A stretch of 64,000 nt of DNA, from contig JAYSZJ010000036.1 in assembly GCA_043738115.1 (NCBI GenBank), forward strand, positions 23,996 to 87,995. Reading direction: 5' to 3'. A program made the translations under genes and the position numbers. Position 1 is the stretch's first letter. Each line of letters starts with the position of its first letter. This DNA is from Rhodoferax sp. Its GTDB lineage: Bacteria; Pseudomonadota; Gammaproteobacteria; Burkholderiales; Burkholderiaceae_C. Below, in pieces: positions 1-10,469 of this stretch. A model generated the notes under the pieces. It did no database searches. It was not told where the DNA came from and saw only the letters and a program-made list of their open reading frames with translations.

Positions 1-326
1 AGCCACTCGCGGGCGACGACTTCGAACGTATTGGCCGCCGTCGCCAAATTGGCCGCCTTTTCTTCTTTCTTGGCGGCACTGGGGTCGACACCTTCCGCCA
101 GCAATTCACGGGCCTTGTCGCGTCGTGCACGGGCCTTGGCCAGCGACACCTCGGGGTATGTGCCCAGGGCCAGCGTTTTCTGCTTGCCTTGGAAGCGGTA
201 GTTCATCCGCCAATACTTGCCGGCCGCCTTAACCAACAGATGCAAGGCCTGCGCGTCTTGGTGCTTGTCGCCGGCTTGCGCCCCACTGTGTTTGCAGTTT
301 TTAACAAACGTGTCGGTAAGTGCCAT
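1..326 (-). mobile_element. P4-family tyrosine integrase, N-terminal arm-DNA-binding domain (gene runs off the window start)
   Basis: Not in the ORF track. Manual translation from ATG at 326: MALTDTFVKNCKHSGAQAGDKHQDAQALHLLVKAAGKYWRMNYRFQGKQKTLALGTYPEVSLAKARARRDKARELLAEGVDPSAAKKEEKAANLATAANTFEVVAREW. The YRFxGKQKTLALGxYPxVSLxxAR and TFxxVAxEW motifs are typical of P4/IntA integrases. Lies next to a tRNA 3' end. Confidence 0.93.
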
Positions 327-336
327 ACCCGCCCCT

Positions 337-401
337 TTTGATGGTATCTCGTTTGATGGTATCCGCAGATACCATCAAAAGCGCCATCAAATTGATGGTA
401 T
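337..401. repeat. Cluster of TTTGATGGTAT(C) direct and inverted repeats upstream of the integrase (likely arm-type binding sites)
   Basis: TTTGATGGTATC at 337-348 and 352-363; inverted GATACCATCAAA at 368-379; partial CCATCAAA at 384-391; TTGATGGTAT at 392-401. Confidence 0.7.
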
Positions 402-448
402 GTCACGATCTTACATGAACGCCTATGCGACACAGTGAGACAACAAAA

Positions 449-481
449 AAACCCGCTGTAGCTATAGAACTAAGCGGGTTT
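449..481 (-). terminator. Hairpin/intrinsic terminator downstream of tRNA-Leu
   Basis: AAACCCGCT (449-457) pairs with AGCGGGTTT (473-481); followed by a T-tract on the minus strand. Confidence 0.65.
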
Positions 482-513
482 GAGGGGTTGTGAGACCGTG
501 TGAAACTATTAAA

Positions 514-606
514 TGGTGCCCGAGACCGGAATCGAACCGGTATGCCCGTTATTCACGAAGCGGCGGATTTTAAGTCCGATGTGTCTACCTATTTCACCAC
601 TCGGGC
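514..606 (-). tRNA. tRNA-Leu(TAA)
   Basis: Reverse complement GCCCGAGTGGTGAAATAGGTAGACACATCGGACTTAAAATCCG...GGTTCGATTCCGGTCTCGGGCACCA; long variable arm, anticodon TAA, encoded CCA. Probable integration site of the adjacent element. Confidence 0.95.
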
Positions 607-676
607 AGTTCGATCTATTGTGGAACAAAAATGCCCCGGCAGCGAACGTTGACGGGGCATCCATGGCCAAAATAAT

Positions 677-750
677 TGGAGGCGCGGTCCGGAGTCGAAC
701 CGGACTAACCGGATTTGCAATCCGGGGCATAACCGCTTTGCTACCGCGCC
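677..750 (-). tRNA. tRNA-Cys(GCA)
   Basis: GGCGCGGTAGCAAAGCGGTTATGCCCCGGATTGCAAATCCGG...GGTTCGACTCCGGACCGCGCCTCCA; anticodon GCA. Confidence 0.96.
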
Positions 751-796
751 ACTGTCATCCTGCAAACTGAGCCTTTTGGACTCGACTCCAACTAAC

Positions 797-826
797 GAAA
801 AAGGGAAGCATTTTGCTTCCCTTTTC
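797..826 (-). terminator. Terminator-like hairpin between tRNA-Gly and tRNA-Cys
   Basis: Perfect 12-bp stem AAAAGGGAAGCA/TGCTTCCCTTTT with a T-run on the minus strand. Confidence 0.65.
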
Positions 827-834
827 TTGGAATA

Positions 835-910
835 TGGAGCGGGAAAAGAGGTTCGAACTCTCGACCTATACCTTGGCAAGGTATCGCTCTACCAACTGAG
901 CTATTCCCGC
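835..910 (-). tRNA. tRNA-Gly(GCC)
   Basis: GCGGGAATAGCTCAGTTGGTAGAGCGATACCTTGCCAAGGTAT...GTTCGAACCTCTTTTCCCGCTCCA; anticodon GCC. Confidence 0.96.
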
Positions 911-998
911 ATTTCAAGCCTCAGATTATAGCGCGATTTCCTAGACTTTCGGATAGGGGTTGAAAAAACTGAAAAGTTTTTACGCGCCCCACGCTTGC

Positions 999-3446
999 TT
1001 AGTGTTTCACCGACCCCTGCAAATCCGAAACCGGCACGCTGGCCGCTACCACCGCTGTCGCGGGGGCAACCTCATCTTCGGGCAAAGGAACAGGCTTGGA
1101 TTCCAACGCCAAGTCCAACACCTTGTCGATCCAGCGAACAGGAATGATCTCAAGACCGTTTTTCACATTGGCGGGAATATCTTGCAAATCCTTGGCGTTG
1201 GCCTCGGGAATCAGCACAGTCTTGATACCACCGCGCAGGGCCGCCAACAGCTTTTCCTTTAATCCGCCTATTTCGGTGACCTCACCGCGCAGGGTGATCT
1301 CGCCCGTCATGGCGACATCACCGCGCACAGGGATACCTGTCAGCGCAGAAACAAAAGCCGTGGTCATCGCAGCGCCGGCACTGGGGCCGTCTTTGGGTGT
1401 CGCACCATCTGGCACGTGGATGTGGATGTCTTTTTTCTCAAAGATCTCGTCCTTGATACCCAGGCGGCGTGCACGGCTGCGCACCACGGTACGGGCGGCC
1501 TCCACAGACTCTTTCATCACATCACCTAAAGAACCCGTGCGCGTGATAACACCTTTGCCCGGGGTCAATGCCGCTTCAATGGTCAACAAATCTCCACCCA
1601 CTTCGGTCCAGGCCAAGCCAACCACCTGTCCTACCTGGTTCTGCTGCTCGGCACGTCCATAGGTGTACTTGCGCACGCCCAGGTAGTCGTTGAGGTTGTC
1701 GACGGTCACCACAACTTGCGGTTTGAGCTTCTTCAACAACAAGCCCTTGACGACCTTGCGGCAGATTTTGGAGAGTTCGCGTTCGAGTGAACGCACACCG
1801 GCCTCGCGGGTGTAGTAACGCACAATGTCACGCACCGCCTCTTCCGTGATCGACAACTCGGCGTCTTTGACACCGTTGTTTTTCATCTGCTTGGGCAAAA
1901 GGTAGGTGATCGCAATATTGGTCTTCTCATCCTCGGTGTAACCGGACAAGCGGATAACTTCCATACGGTCCAACAGGGCCGACGGTATGTTCATGGAGTT
2001 TGATGTGGCCACAAACATTACATCACTCAGGTCGTAATCGACCTCGACGTAATGGTCTCCAAACTTGTGGTTCTGCTCGGGGTCCAGCACCTCCAGCAAG
2101 GCACTGCTTGGGTCGCCACGAAAATCCGTACCGAGCTTGTCTATCTCGTCCAACAGGAAGAGCGGATTGCGTGTACCGACTTTGGACAGGCTTTGCAATA
2201 CCTTGCCCGGCATGGCACCGATGTAGGTACGGCGGTGCCCGCGGATCTCCGCCTCATCACGCATGCCACCCAACGCCATACGCACGTACTTGCGACCTGT
2301 CGCCTTGGCAATAGATTGCCCCAAGGATGTTTTACCAACACCAGGGGGGCCAACCAGACACAGAATCGGTGCCTTGAGTTTGTCGACCCGTTGTTGCACC
2401 GCGAGATATTCCAGGATGCGATCCTTGACCTTGTCGAGCCCGTAATGGTCTTCGTTCAGCACGGCCTCGGCATTCGCCAAGTTGTGTTTGATCTTCGTCT
2501 TCGCGGTCCAAGGCAATCCCACCAATACGTCTATGTAGTTTCGCACCACTGTGGCCTCAGCGGACATCGGCGACATCAGCTTGAGCTTCTTCAGCTCGCC
2601 TTCAACTTTCTTGAGGGCATCCTTAGGCATTTTGGCAGCCTTGATCTTTTTCTCGATCTCTTCGATGTCCGCGCCCTCTTCACCCTCACCCAGTTCTTTC
2701 TGGATGGCCTTGACCTGCTCGTTCAAATAAAAGTCGCGCTGGTTTTTTTCCATCTGGCGTTTGACACGCCCGCGTATCTTCTTGTCGACGTTCAGGATGT
2801 CTACTTCACGCTCGATCTGCTCAAACAAGTTTTCCAGGCGATCCTTCACGCTGGACAGACCCAGCACCGCCTGTTTGCTGTCGAGCTTTAGCGGCAGATG
2901 CGCAGCAATGGTGTCGGCCAAGCGACCGGCATCATCAATGCTGGAAATGGACGTCAAAATCTCTGGCGGAATTTTCTTGTTGAGTTTGACGTACTGGTCA
3001 AACTGCTGCATCACCGCACGGCGCAGGGCCTCTACCTCGCTGGCCTTGTTGCCACGACTTTTTTCGGGGGTATCGGGCACAACGGCAATAGGCGTGATAT
3101 TGGCCGAGAAATAAGCCTCGCCTTCTTCGATTTTGTTGACCGCTGCACGCTGATGGCCCTCGACCAACACCTTGACGGTGCCATCGGGCAACTTGAGCAT
3201 TTGCAGGATGGTCGATACACAACCGACATCAAACATGTCGGACACCAGCGGATCATCCTTGGCGGCCGTGCGTTGGGCGACCAGCATGATGCGCCGGTCT
3301 GTCTCCATCGCGGCTTCAAGAGCCTTGATGCTCTTGGGGCGCCCGACAAACAGCGGGATCACCATGTGGGGGAAAACAACCACGTCACGCAGTGGCAACA
3401 GTGGCAAATCTATGGGGGTAGCAGGCAGTGGGGAATGGCCAGACAT
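999..3446 (-). CDS. lon: ATP-dependent protease La
   Basis: LPLLPLRDVVVFP N-domain, Walker A GPPGVGKTS, catalytic PKDGPSAG. Confidence 0.98.
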   Translation of the reverse strand: MSGHSPLPATPIDLPLLPLRDVVVFPHMVIPLFVGRPKSIKALEAAMETDRRIMLVAQRTAAKDDPLVSDMFDVGCVSTILQMLKLPDGTVKVLVEGHQRAAVNKIEEGEAYFSANITPIAVVPDTPEKSRGNKASEVEALRRAVMQQFDQYVKLNKKIPPEILTSISSIDDAGRLADTIAAHLPLKLDSKQAVLGLSSVKDRLENLFEQIEREVDILNVDKKIRGRVKRQMEKNQRDFYLNEQVKAIQKELGEGEEGADIEEIEKKIKAAKMPKDALKKVEGELKKLKLMSPMSAEATVVRNYIDVLVGLPWTAKTKIKHNLANAEAVLNEDHYGLDKVKDRILEYLAVQQRVDKLKAPILCLVGPPGVGKTSLGQSIAKATGRKYVRMALGGMRDEAEIRGHRRTYIGAMPGKVLQSLSKVGTRNPLFLLDEIDKLGTDFRGDPSSALLEVLDPEQNHKFGDHYVEVDYDLSDVMFVATSNSMNIPSALLDRMEVIRLSGYTEDEKTNIAITYLLPKQMKNNGVKDAELSITEEAVRDIVRYYTREAGVRSLERELSKICRKVVKGLLLKKLKPQVVVTVDNLNDYLGVRKYTYGRAEQQNQVGQVVGLAWTEVGGDLLTIEAALTPGKGVITRTGSLGDVMKESVEAARTVVRSRARRLGIKDEIFEKKDIHIHVPDGATPKDGPSAGAAMTTAFVSALTGIPVRGDVAMTGEITLRGEVTEIGGLKEKLLAALRGGIKTVLIPEANAKDLQDIPANVKNGLEIIPVRWIDKVLDLALESKPVPLPEDEVAPATAVVAASVPVSDLQGSVKH

Positions 3447-3590
3447 AAGGGACCTTTTTATTACCTGATGAATATGGACTACGAATCCTGAATTTCAAGC
3501 GATCTGCCATTATCCCGGCAGGTCACTTTTTAATACTCCACTATTCCCGCACAAAAGCACGTCTTTTCAGGCCGTTGTGCTGGACAAGGG

Positions 3591-4856
3591 TCAGGCCTTC
3601 TTGGCAATCTCGCGGTACACCAATAGTGGTGGCTTGTTTTCGTCAATGGTGGATTCATCAACGACAACCTTTTCGACATTGCTGGCATTGGGCAACTCGT
3701 ACATGGTGTCGATCAACGACTGCTCCAAAATCGAACGCAATCCGCGGGCGCCCGTTTTACGGGCCAGCGCTTTTTTAGCAATGGCTTTCAGCGCCGAGGG
3801 ACGAATCTCCAGTTCAGCGCCTTCCATGGCCAGAAGCTTGGTGTATTGCTTCACCAATGCGTTCTTGGGTTCGGTCAAAATTTGCACCAAAGCGTCTTCG
3901 GTCAACTCTGCCAAGGCAGCAACCACGGGCATACGTCCGACCAGCTCAGGAATAAGACCAAACTTGATCAAATCCTCTGGCTCGACCTCTTTGAACATAT
4001 CAGTGAGGCTGCGCTGCTGTTTGCTCTTGACCGTCGCGCCAAAGCCCATTCCCGACGCCTGTGTGCGGTTTTCGATAACCTTCTCAAGACCCGAAAATGC
4101 GCCACCGCAGATGAACAAGATATTGGTGGTATCGATCTGCACAAAGTCTTGGTTGGGATGTTTGCGGCCGCCCTGCGGAGGAACACTGGCCATCGTGCCT
4201 TCAATCAACTTGAGCAAGGCTTGCTGCACGCCTTCGCCCGATACATCGCGGGTGATGGAGGGGTTGTCCGATTTGCGGGAAATCTTGTCGATTTCGTCGA
4301 TATAAACGATACCGCGCTGGGCCCGTTCCACTTCGTAATTGCAGCTTTGCAGAAGCTTGAGGACGATATTCTCAACATCCTCACCTACATACCCGGCTTC
4401 GGTCAGCGTGGTTGCATCGGCCATCACAAACGGTACGTCCAGCATACGCGCCAGGGTTTGCGCCAACAATGTTTTACCAGAGCCTGTGGGGCCGATGAGC
4501 AAGATGTTGCTCTTGGCGAGTTCTACCTCGTCCTTCTTGGCTTTTTCCTTATGACGCAAGCGTTTGTAATGGTTGTACACCGCCACCGCCAACGTGCGCT
4601 TGGCGGGTTCCTGGCCAATCACATAATTGTCCAGGTTGGCTTTGATTTCTGATGGTGTGGGCAACTCGCTCTTAGCGTCCTTGCCTTCAGTGGTGGCAGG
4701 CAGTTCGTCACGGATGATTTCATTGCACAGTTCTATGCACTCATCGCACACAAAAACGGATGGGCCAGCGATCAGTTTCTTGACTTCGTGCTGACTTTTG
4801 CCGCAGAAAGAGCAATACAGGGTTTTTTCGCTGGAAGAGCCTTTTTTCTCGGCCAT
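3591..4856 (-). CDS. clpX: Clp protease ATP-binding subunit
   Basis: Zn finger CSFCGKSQ...[15 protein letters not shown]-like loop (GMGF). Confidence 0.98.
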   Translation of the reverse strand: MAEKKGSSSEKTLYCSFCGKSQHEVKKLIAGPSVFVCDECIELCNEIIRDELPATTEGKDAKSELPTPSEIKANLDNYVIGQEPAKRTLAVAVYNHYKRLRHKEKAKKDEVELAKSNILLIGPTGSGKTLLAQTLARMLDVPFVMADATTLTEAGYVGEDVENIVLKLLQSCNYEVERAQRGIVYIDEIDKISRKSDNPSITRDVSGEGVQQALLKLIEGTMASVPPQGGRKHPNQDFVQIDTTNILFICGGAFSGLEKVIENRTQASGMGFGATVKSKQQRSLTDMFKEVEPEDLIKFGLIPELVGRMPVVAALAELTEDALVQILTEPKNALVKQYTKLLAMEGAELEIRPSALKAIAKKALARKTGARGLRSILEQSLIDTMYELPNASNVEKVVVDESTIDENKPPLLVYREIAKKA

Positions 4857-4955
4857 GTGACGCTTGCCTTTTCGGTTGATGCCGAATGATACTCAAATAA
4901 AAAACGGTGCCTGCCTCACTACAGAGCACCGCCCATGGGACCTAGCCCCGTTCGC

Positions 4956-5585
4956 TCAGGCGCGTTTGGCAATCACCTGGTCAATCAGGCCATATTCCTT
5001 GGATTCCTCTGCCGTCATGTAGTAGTCGCGTTCTGTATCACGCGCTATGCGCTCCAGCGGTTGACCGGTGCGCTCGGCCAGCACCTTATTCAATTGCTCG
5101 CGGGTTTTCAGGATTTCACGTGCTGCAATTTCAATTTCCGTCGCCTGACCCTGGCTGCCGCCCGAGGGCTGGTGGATCATGACCTTGGAATTGGGTAGGG
5201 AGAAACGTTTACCTTTCGCACCCGCAGCCAACAGGAACGCGCCCATGCTGGCGGCCATGCCTACGCACAGTGTGGAGACTTCGGGCTTGATGAAGTTCAT
5301 GGTGTCGAAAATCGCCATGCCCGCGCTGACGGAGCCACCAGGCGAATTGATATAGAAGGAAATGTCCTTGTCAGGGTTTTCGCTTTCCAGGAAAAGCAAC
5401 TGGGCGACCACCAGATTGGCCGTCTGGTCATTGACCGGGCCCACCAGAAAAATCACACGCTCCTTGAGCAAACGCGAGTAGATGTCGTACGAGCGCTCGC
5501 CCCGACCCGATTGCTCAATGACCATGGGGACCATGCCCAGCCCCTGCGTTTCCATAGCGTCTGTCCGTCCGTAATTGATATGCAT
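4956..5585 (-). CDS. clpP: Clp protease proteolytic subunit (start may be the downstream METQG Met)
   Basis: [25 protein letters not shown]. Confidence 0.98.
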   Translation of the reverse strand: MHINYGRTDAMETQGLGMVPMVIEQSGRGERSYDIYSRLLKERVIFLVGPVNDQTANLVVAQLLFLESENPDKDISFYINSPGGSVSAGMAIFDTMNFIKPEVSTLCVGMAASMGAFLLAAGAKGKRFSLPNSKVMIHQPSGGSQGQATEIEIAAREILKTREQLNKVLAERTGQPLERIARDTERDYYMTAEESKEYGLIDQVIAKRA

Positions 5586-5722
5586 AACGTCTCCAAAGAA
5601 CTGTGTTGACTGTACCGAAAAACCCTGACCTTAAACGCAAATGGGGCTTGCCTGCAGGACTACAAGCCCTGCCCAAGCCCCATCGCTTCAAACCCCTTCG
5701 CTGCTTTTCAGCGGAACGGCGC

Positions 5723-7033
5723 TCAGTTTTGGCCCATCAACTCGTCAAATGTGATGGTTTTTTCGCTGACCTTGGCCTTAGCCAAAATGAACTCAGTCAC
5801 ATTGTTCTCGATCACAATGCCTTCGACTTCAGCCATGCGGCGGTTGTCACCATAGTACCAGCGCACCACATCGGCTGGCTTCTCGTAGCTGGCAGCCAGT
5901 TCATCGATATGGGTCTTGATCTGTTCAGGCTTGGCGTGCAGAGCATTGGCACGCACCAGCTCGGCAACGACCAAGCCCAGACGCACACGGCGTTCCGCTT
6001 GTGGGCGGAAGATGTCGTCGGGAATCGATGTCGAGTCAGCGTCCTTGATACCGCGTTGCTTCAGATCAGCGCGCGCGCTTGCGATCATGCGGTCCAGTTC
6101 GGCTTGCACGCTGGACTTGGGCAGGTCCAGTTCTGCCTTGGTCAGCAAAGCGTCCATCGCCACTTGCTTGTTGCGGGACAGCAGGCGGTACTTGACTTCG
6201 CGTTCCAGATTCTTGCGGATATCGCCGCGCAGGCCTTCAACAGTCGCGTCGGCAATACCTAAGGACTTGGCCAGGGCGCCGTCCACTTCGGGCAAATTGG
6301 CAGCTTCGATCTTCTTCACGGTGACCATGAAATCGGCAATCTTGCCGGCAACGTCCTGGCCATGGTAATCAGCGGGGAAAGCCAGGGGGAAAGTCTTGCT
6401 TTCGCCCAGCTTCATGCCGCGCACAGCTTCTTCGAATTCCTTCAGCATCTGGCCGTCGCCCACGATGAACTGATAGTCTTCCGCCTTGCCGCCAGCGAAG
6501 GGTTCGCCGTCGATCTTGCCTTCAAAGTCCACCACCACGCGGTCGGTGTCCTGGGCGGGAGCGTCTTTGGCGCGCAGCGCGAAGGTGCGGCGTTGTTTGC
6601 GCAGGATTTCAACCGTCTTGTCGATGGCCGTGTCCGTCACTTCGGCTGTCACCTTTTCCACTTCGGCAGTCGCCAAGTCGCCAAGTTTGACTTCGGGAAA
6701 CACTTCAAATACGGCATCAAAAGCCATTTGGCCTTCGGGAGACGTTTGGCTTTCGGTGATGCGGGGCTGGCCTGCAACACGCAACTCGGCTTCATTGGCG
6801 GCGGTGGCAAATGCCTGGCCGACCTTGTCGTTCATGACTTCGTAATGCACCGAGTAACCATACCGCTGGGCCACCACGTTCATAGGGACCTTGCCAGGAC
6901 GGAAACCGTCCATCTTGACCGTGCGTGCCAGCTTGCGCAAACGCGAATCGACTTCAGTCTGGATCACGCCGACCGGCAGTGTCAGGGTGATTTTTCGCTC
7001 CAGCTTGTCCAGAGTTTCTACAGTAACGGCCAT
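5723..7033 (-). CDS. tig: Trigger factor
   Basis: Start MAVTVETL at 7033; GFRPGKVP ribosome-binding motif and FKBP domain. The ORF-track extension to 7138 runs into the tRNA and is artefactual. Confidence 0.97.
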   Translation of the reverse strand: MAVTVETLDKLERKITLTLPVGVIQTEVDSRLRKLARTVKMDGFRPGKVPMNVVAQRYGYSVHYEVMNDKVGQAFATAANEAELRVAGQPRITESQTSPEGQMAFDAVFEVFPEVKLGDLATAEVEKVTAEVTDTAIDKTVEILRKQRRTFALRAKDAPAQDTDRVVVDFEGKIDGEPFAGGKAEDYQFIVGDGQMLKEFEEAVRGMKLGESKTFPLAFPADYHGQDVAGKIADFMVTVKKIEAANLPEVDGALAKSLGIADATVEGLRGDIRKNLEREVKYRLLSRNKQVAMDALLTKAELDLPKSSVQAELDRMIASARADLKQRGIKDADSTSIPDDIFRPQAERRVRLGLVVAELVRANALHAKPEQIKTHIDELAASYEKPADVVRWYYGDNRRMAEVEGIVIENNVTEFILAKAKVSEKTITFDELMGQN

Positions 7034-7106
7034 GGTCAGTCTCCTAAACGAAAGATTTGCGGACAGAACGCGTCGTACTGCGACTGCGGACTGTCCTTCA
7101 CATAAG

Positions 7107-7193
7107 TGGTGCGCGGGGGGGGACTCGAACCCCCACACTGTTGCCAGCGTCAGGACCTAAACCTGGTGCGTCTACCAATTTCGCCACCCGCGC
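7107..7193 (-). tRNA. tRNA-Leu(TAG)
   Basis: GCGCGGGTGGCGAAATTGGTAGACGCACCAGGTTTAGGTCCTG...GGTTCGAGTCCCCCCCCGCGCACCA; anticodon TAG. Confidence 0.95.
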
Positions 7194-7312
7194 AAAAAAA
7201 TACAAAATGGGTCGTCAAGCACCCGGCAAACGCGGTTTGCCGGACCCTGACCACCCATTTGAAATTGGTGAACCCAGTATTTTAACCTGCAACCAGGTCC
7301 TCCCTATTTACC

Positions 7313-10300
7313 CTAGGTCGAGGCCGCAGTTTCGCGCTTCACGCGAAACCATGCGGCATACATGGCAGGCAGCGCAAGCAGCGTTAGCACGGTGGCAACG
7401 ATGAGTCCACCCATGATTGCAACCGCCATGGGTCCCCAGAAAACCGAGCGAGACAGCGGAATCATGGCCAGCACTGCGGCAGCGGCCGTCAGCACGATAG
7501 GTCGCAGACGGCGCACCGCAGACTCCACAATGGCGTCCCACGCCGGGATGCCTGCCGCCCTATCCTGCTCAATCTGGTCGATCAGGATCACGGAGTTGCG
7601 CTGGATCATGCCCATCAAGGCAATCACGCCCAGCAAGGCTACGAAACCAAACGGTTTACCCGACAGCAGCAGCGCACCGGCAATCCCCGCAATACCCAGG
7701 GGGCCGGTCAGAAACACCAGCATGGCACGGCTGAAACTGTGCAACTGCAGCATCAACAGGGTAAAGGTGACGAACAGCATGATGGGAATACCAGCCGCAA
7801 TCGACGACGATCCCTTGCTGCTCTCCTCTACCGCCCCTGCCACTTCAATGCGGTAGGCACCCAGGCCCTTGGCTTTCCAGTCTGCCTCCAGCGCGCGCAG
7901 TTTGGGCAAGAGTTCGTTGGTCACCGTGGCGCCTTGCAGGCCTTCCACGATATCGCTCTGCACCGTGATCGAATACTCACGGTTCTGGCGCCACATTACC
8001 CCTGGCTCCCACACAAAGGTCGGCTTGGCAATTTGCGTCAACGGAATGGACTTGCCACTGGCTGTGGGCAAGTTGGCATTGGCAATGTCCGTAATCGCAT
8101 TGCGCTCGTCCAGGGGCTGGCGTAACACAATGTCTATCAGTTTGTCGCCTTCGCGGTATTGCCCCACGGTAGAGCCCGCCAACAGCGTCTTGGACGCTTG
8201 CGCGATGGACTGGCTGGAAACGCCCAGCGCCCGTGCCTTGGTCTGGTCCACTTCCAAGCGGATGACCTTGACGAACTCGTTCCAGTTGTCATTGACGCCA
8301 CGGGTGTTGGCGCTGGCGCGCATCACCGCCGTCACCTCATCGGCGCGTTCACGCAGCACGGCAGGCTCACCGCCGACCACACGGAACTGCACTGGATACG
8401 CCACGGGTGGGCCATTGGGCAGCAGCTTGATACGCGCCCGCACCTCGGGGAATTCCTGCGCCATCACGGTCGGGAGTTTGATGCGGATCGATTCGCGCAG
8501 CTTCAAATCTTTGGGAATGACGATGAATTGCGACACATTGCTTTGCGGGAACGCGTTGTCCATTGGCAAATAGAAACGCGGCACACCCGACCCGACCCAG
8601 GTGCTGACACTTTCCACGCCCGGCTCCTGCATCAGGCGCGCCTCAACCTGCTTGGTCGTCAGCTCGTTGGCCGCCATGGACGTGCCTTCGGGGTACCAAA
8701 TGTCCACCAGAATTTCAGGGCGGCTGGAATCCGGAAAGAATTGCTGCTGCACGACACCCATGCCCACAATGCCCAGTGCAAAAGTCATTAGCATCATGCC
8801 AATCGTGGCCCAACGGTACTGCACGCACCAGTTCACGGTCTTACGGAAGGCGTTGTAAAACGGGGTATCAAACAACTCATGGGGCTGGTCACCGGCAGCG
8901 TGGGGCTTCACCTTGAGTAGCAGCGTGCCCAGGTAGGGCACAAAGTACACCGACACAATCCAGCTTAGAACCAATGCCAGGACCGTCACGCCAAAAATGG
9001 CGAACGTGTATTCCCCAGTCGAAGACTTGGCGATACCGATGGGCAGAAAACCCACGGCGGTGATCAAGGTGCCGGTCAGCATGGGCATGGCCGTGATTTC
9101 GTAGGCGAAGGTGGCCGCGCGCACCTTGTCGTAACCCTCTTCCATCTTGCGCACCATCATTTCCACCGCAATGATGGCGTCATCCACCAGCAGCCCCAGC
9201 GAAATGATCAGCGAACCCAATGAAATCTTGTGCAGGCCAATGCCCCAGTACAGCATGCCGATGAAGGTCACGGCCAGCACCAGGGGAATGGTGATACCCA
9301 CCACCAAGCCCGGGCGCATGTCCACGTAGTAACGCTTGAACCAGGGCATGGAACCGCTGCGCTTGTGCAGGCCCAGGCTGATGAAGCTGACCGCCAGCAC
9401 AATCACAATCGCTTCGATCAACACCCCTACAAACTCGTTGACCGACCGGGCCACGGCCTTGGGTTGGTTCTGCACATTCACCAGGCGAATGCCCGCTGGC
9501 AAGGTCTGGTCAATACTGTCGGTCGCCGTCTTGAGCGCCTCGCCCAGCGCAATGATGTCACCACCCTTGGACATGGATACGCCCAGCGCAATGACCTGTT
9601 TGCCCTGGTGGCGGACTTTGACGGTCGGAGGATCGACATAACCGCGTTTGATGTCCGCGATGTCGCCCAAGCGCAATTGGTTGCCCGAGCTGCCCCGGAT
9701 GGGCATGTTGCGCAGCTGTTCCACCGCCTCAAATTGCCCACCCACGCGCACCTGGACTACGTCTAGCGGAGTCTGCACCGTGCCCGCAGCCTCGACGGCA
9801 TTTTGCTGTCCCAGCTGGGCCAGCACCTGGTTGAAATCCAGCCCGAGCTGGGAGAGGCGTTTTTGCGAAATCTCGACGAACAGTTTTTCGTCCTGCACGC
9901 CAAACATTTCCACCTTGTTGACATCGGTCACGCGCAGCAGCTTCTGGCGAACGTCATCGGCAAAGGTCTTGACCTCGGCGTCGGAAAAACCGTCAGCCTC
10001 CAGCGCGTAGATCACGCCGTACACGTCACCAAATTCGTCGTTGAAGAACGGGCCTTGCACGCCCAAGGGCAACGTCTGGCGGATGTCGCCTATTTTCTTG
10101 CGCACCGTGTACCAGATGTTGGCGACATCGGTGGCAGGGGTCGAGTCCTTGACCTGGAACAAAATGGTGGACTCACCTGGCTTGGAGAAGCTGCGGATCT
10201 TGTCCGCGTTTGGAACCTCTTGCAGCGTGCGCTCGATCTTGTCGGTAACCTGCTCTGCCATCTGCTGGGCCGTAGCCCCTGGCCAAAAGGCGCGCACCAC

Positions 10301-10462
10301 CATGATGCGGAAGGTAAACGGCGGATCCTCGTCCTGCCCCAACTGGAAAAACGCCGCCGCACCCAGCACCAGGAGCACGACGATCAGGTAACGGGTCAGC
10401 GCGGAATGGTCCAGCGCCCATTTGGACAGGTTGAAACCTGGCTTGGGTTGTTCTTGGTTCAT
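7313..10462 (-). CDS. RND efflux permease (AcrB/AcrD/AcrF family)
   Basis: About 1049 aa from MNQEQPK; GLLVDDAII, two transmembrane repeats, RLRPIVLT. Confidence 0.95.
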   Translation of the reverse strand: MNQEQPKPGFNLSKWALDHSALTRYLIVVLLVLGAAAFFQLGQDEDPPFTFRIMVVRAFWPGATAQQMAEQVTDKIERTLQEVPNADKIRSFSKPGESTILFQVKDSTPATDVANIWYTVRKKIGDIRQTLPLGVQGPFFNDEFGDVYGVIYALEADGFSDAEVKTFADDVRQKLLRVTDVNKVEMFGVQDEKLFVEISQKRLSQLGLDFNQVLAQLGQQNAVEAAGTVQTPLDVVQVRVGGQFEAVEQLRNMPIRGSSGNQLRLGDIADIKRGYVDPPTVKVRHQGKQVIALGVSMSKGGDIIALGEALKTATDSIDQTLPAGIRLVNVQNQPKAVARSVNEFVGVLIEAIVIVLAVSFISLGLHKRSGSMPWFKRYYVDMRPGLVVGITIPLVLAVTFIGMLYWGIGLHKISLGSLIISLGLLVDDAIIAVEMMVRKMEEGYDKVRAATFAYEITAMPMLTGTLITAVGFLPIGIAKSSTGEYTFAIFGVTVLALVLSWIVSVYFVPYLGTLLLKVKPHAAGDQPHELFDTPFYNAFRKTVNWCVQYRWATIGMMLMTFALGIVGMGVVQQQFFPDSSRPEILVDIWYPEGTSMAANELTTKQVEARLMQEPGVESVSTWVGSGVPRFYLPMDNAFPQSNVSQFIVIPKDLKLRESIRIKLPTVMAQEFPEVRARIKLLPNGPPVAYPVQFRVVGGEPAVLRERADEVTAVMRASANTRGVNDNWNEFVKVIRLEVDQTKARALGVSSQSIAQASKTLLAGSTVGQYREGDKLIDIVLRQPLDERNAITDIANANLPTASGKSIPLTQIAKPTFVWEPGVMWRQNREYSITVQSDIVEGLQGATVTNELLPKLRALEADWKAKGLGAYRIEVAGAVEESSKGSSSIAAGIPIMLFVTFTLLMLQLHSFSRAMLVFLTGPLGIAGIAGALLLSGKPFGFVALLGVIALMGMIQRNSVILIDQIEQDRAAGIPAWDAIVESAVRRLRPIVLTAAAAVLAMIPLSRSVFWGPMAVAIMGGLIVATVLTLLALPAMYAAWFRVKRETAAST

Positions 10463-10469
10463 GTCTGGC

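Noticed and set aside
459-475. GCTATAGAAC shared with the MFP copy of the 63-nt repeat
   Set aside because: It forms the loop of the tRNA terminator hairpin and lacks the AGCCCCCGT core; probably coincidental.
203-879. Short ORFs over the integrase promoter and tRNA cluster
   Set aside because: They overlap the tRNAs or the integrase frame and are not credible proteins.
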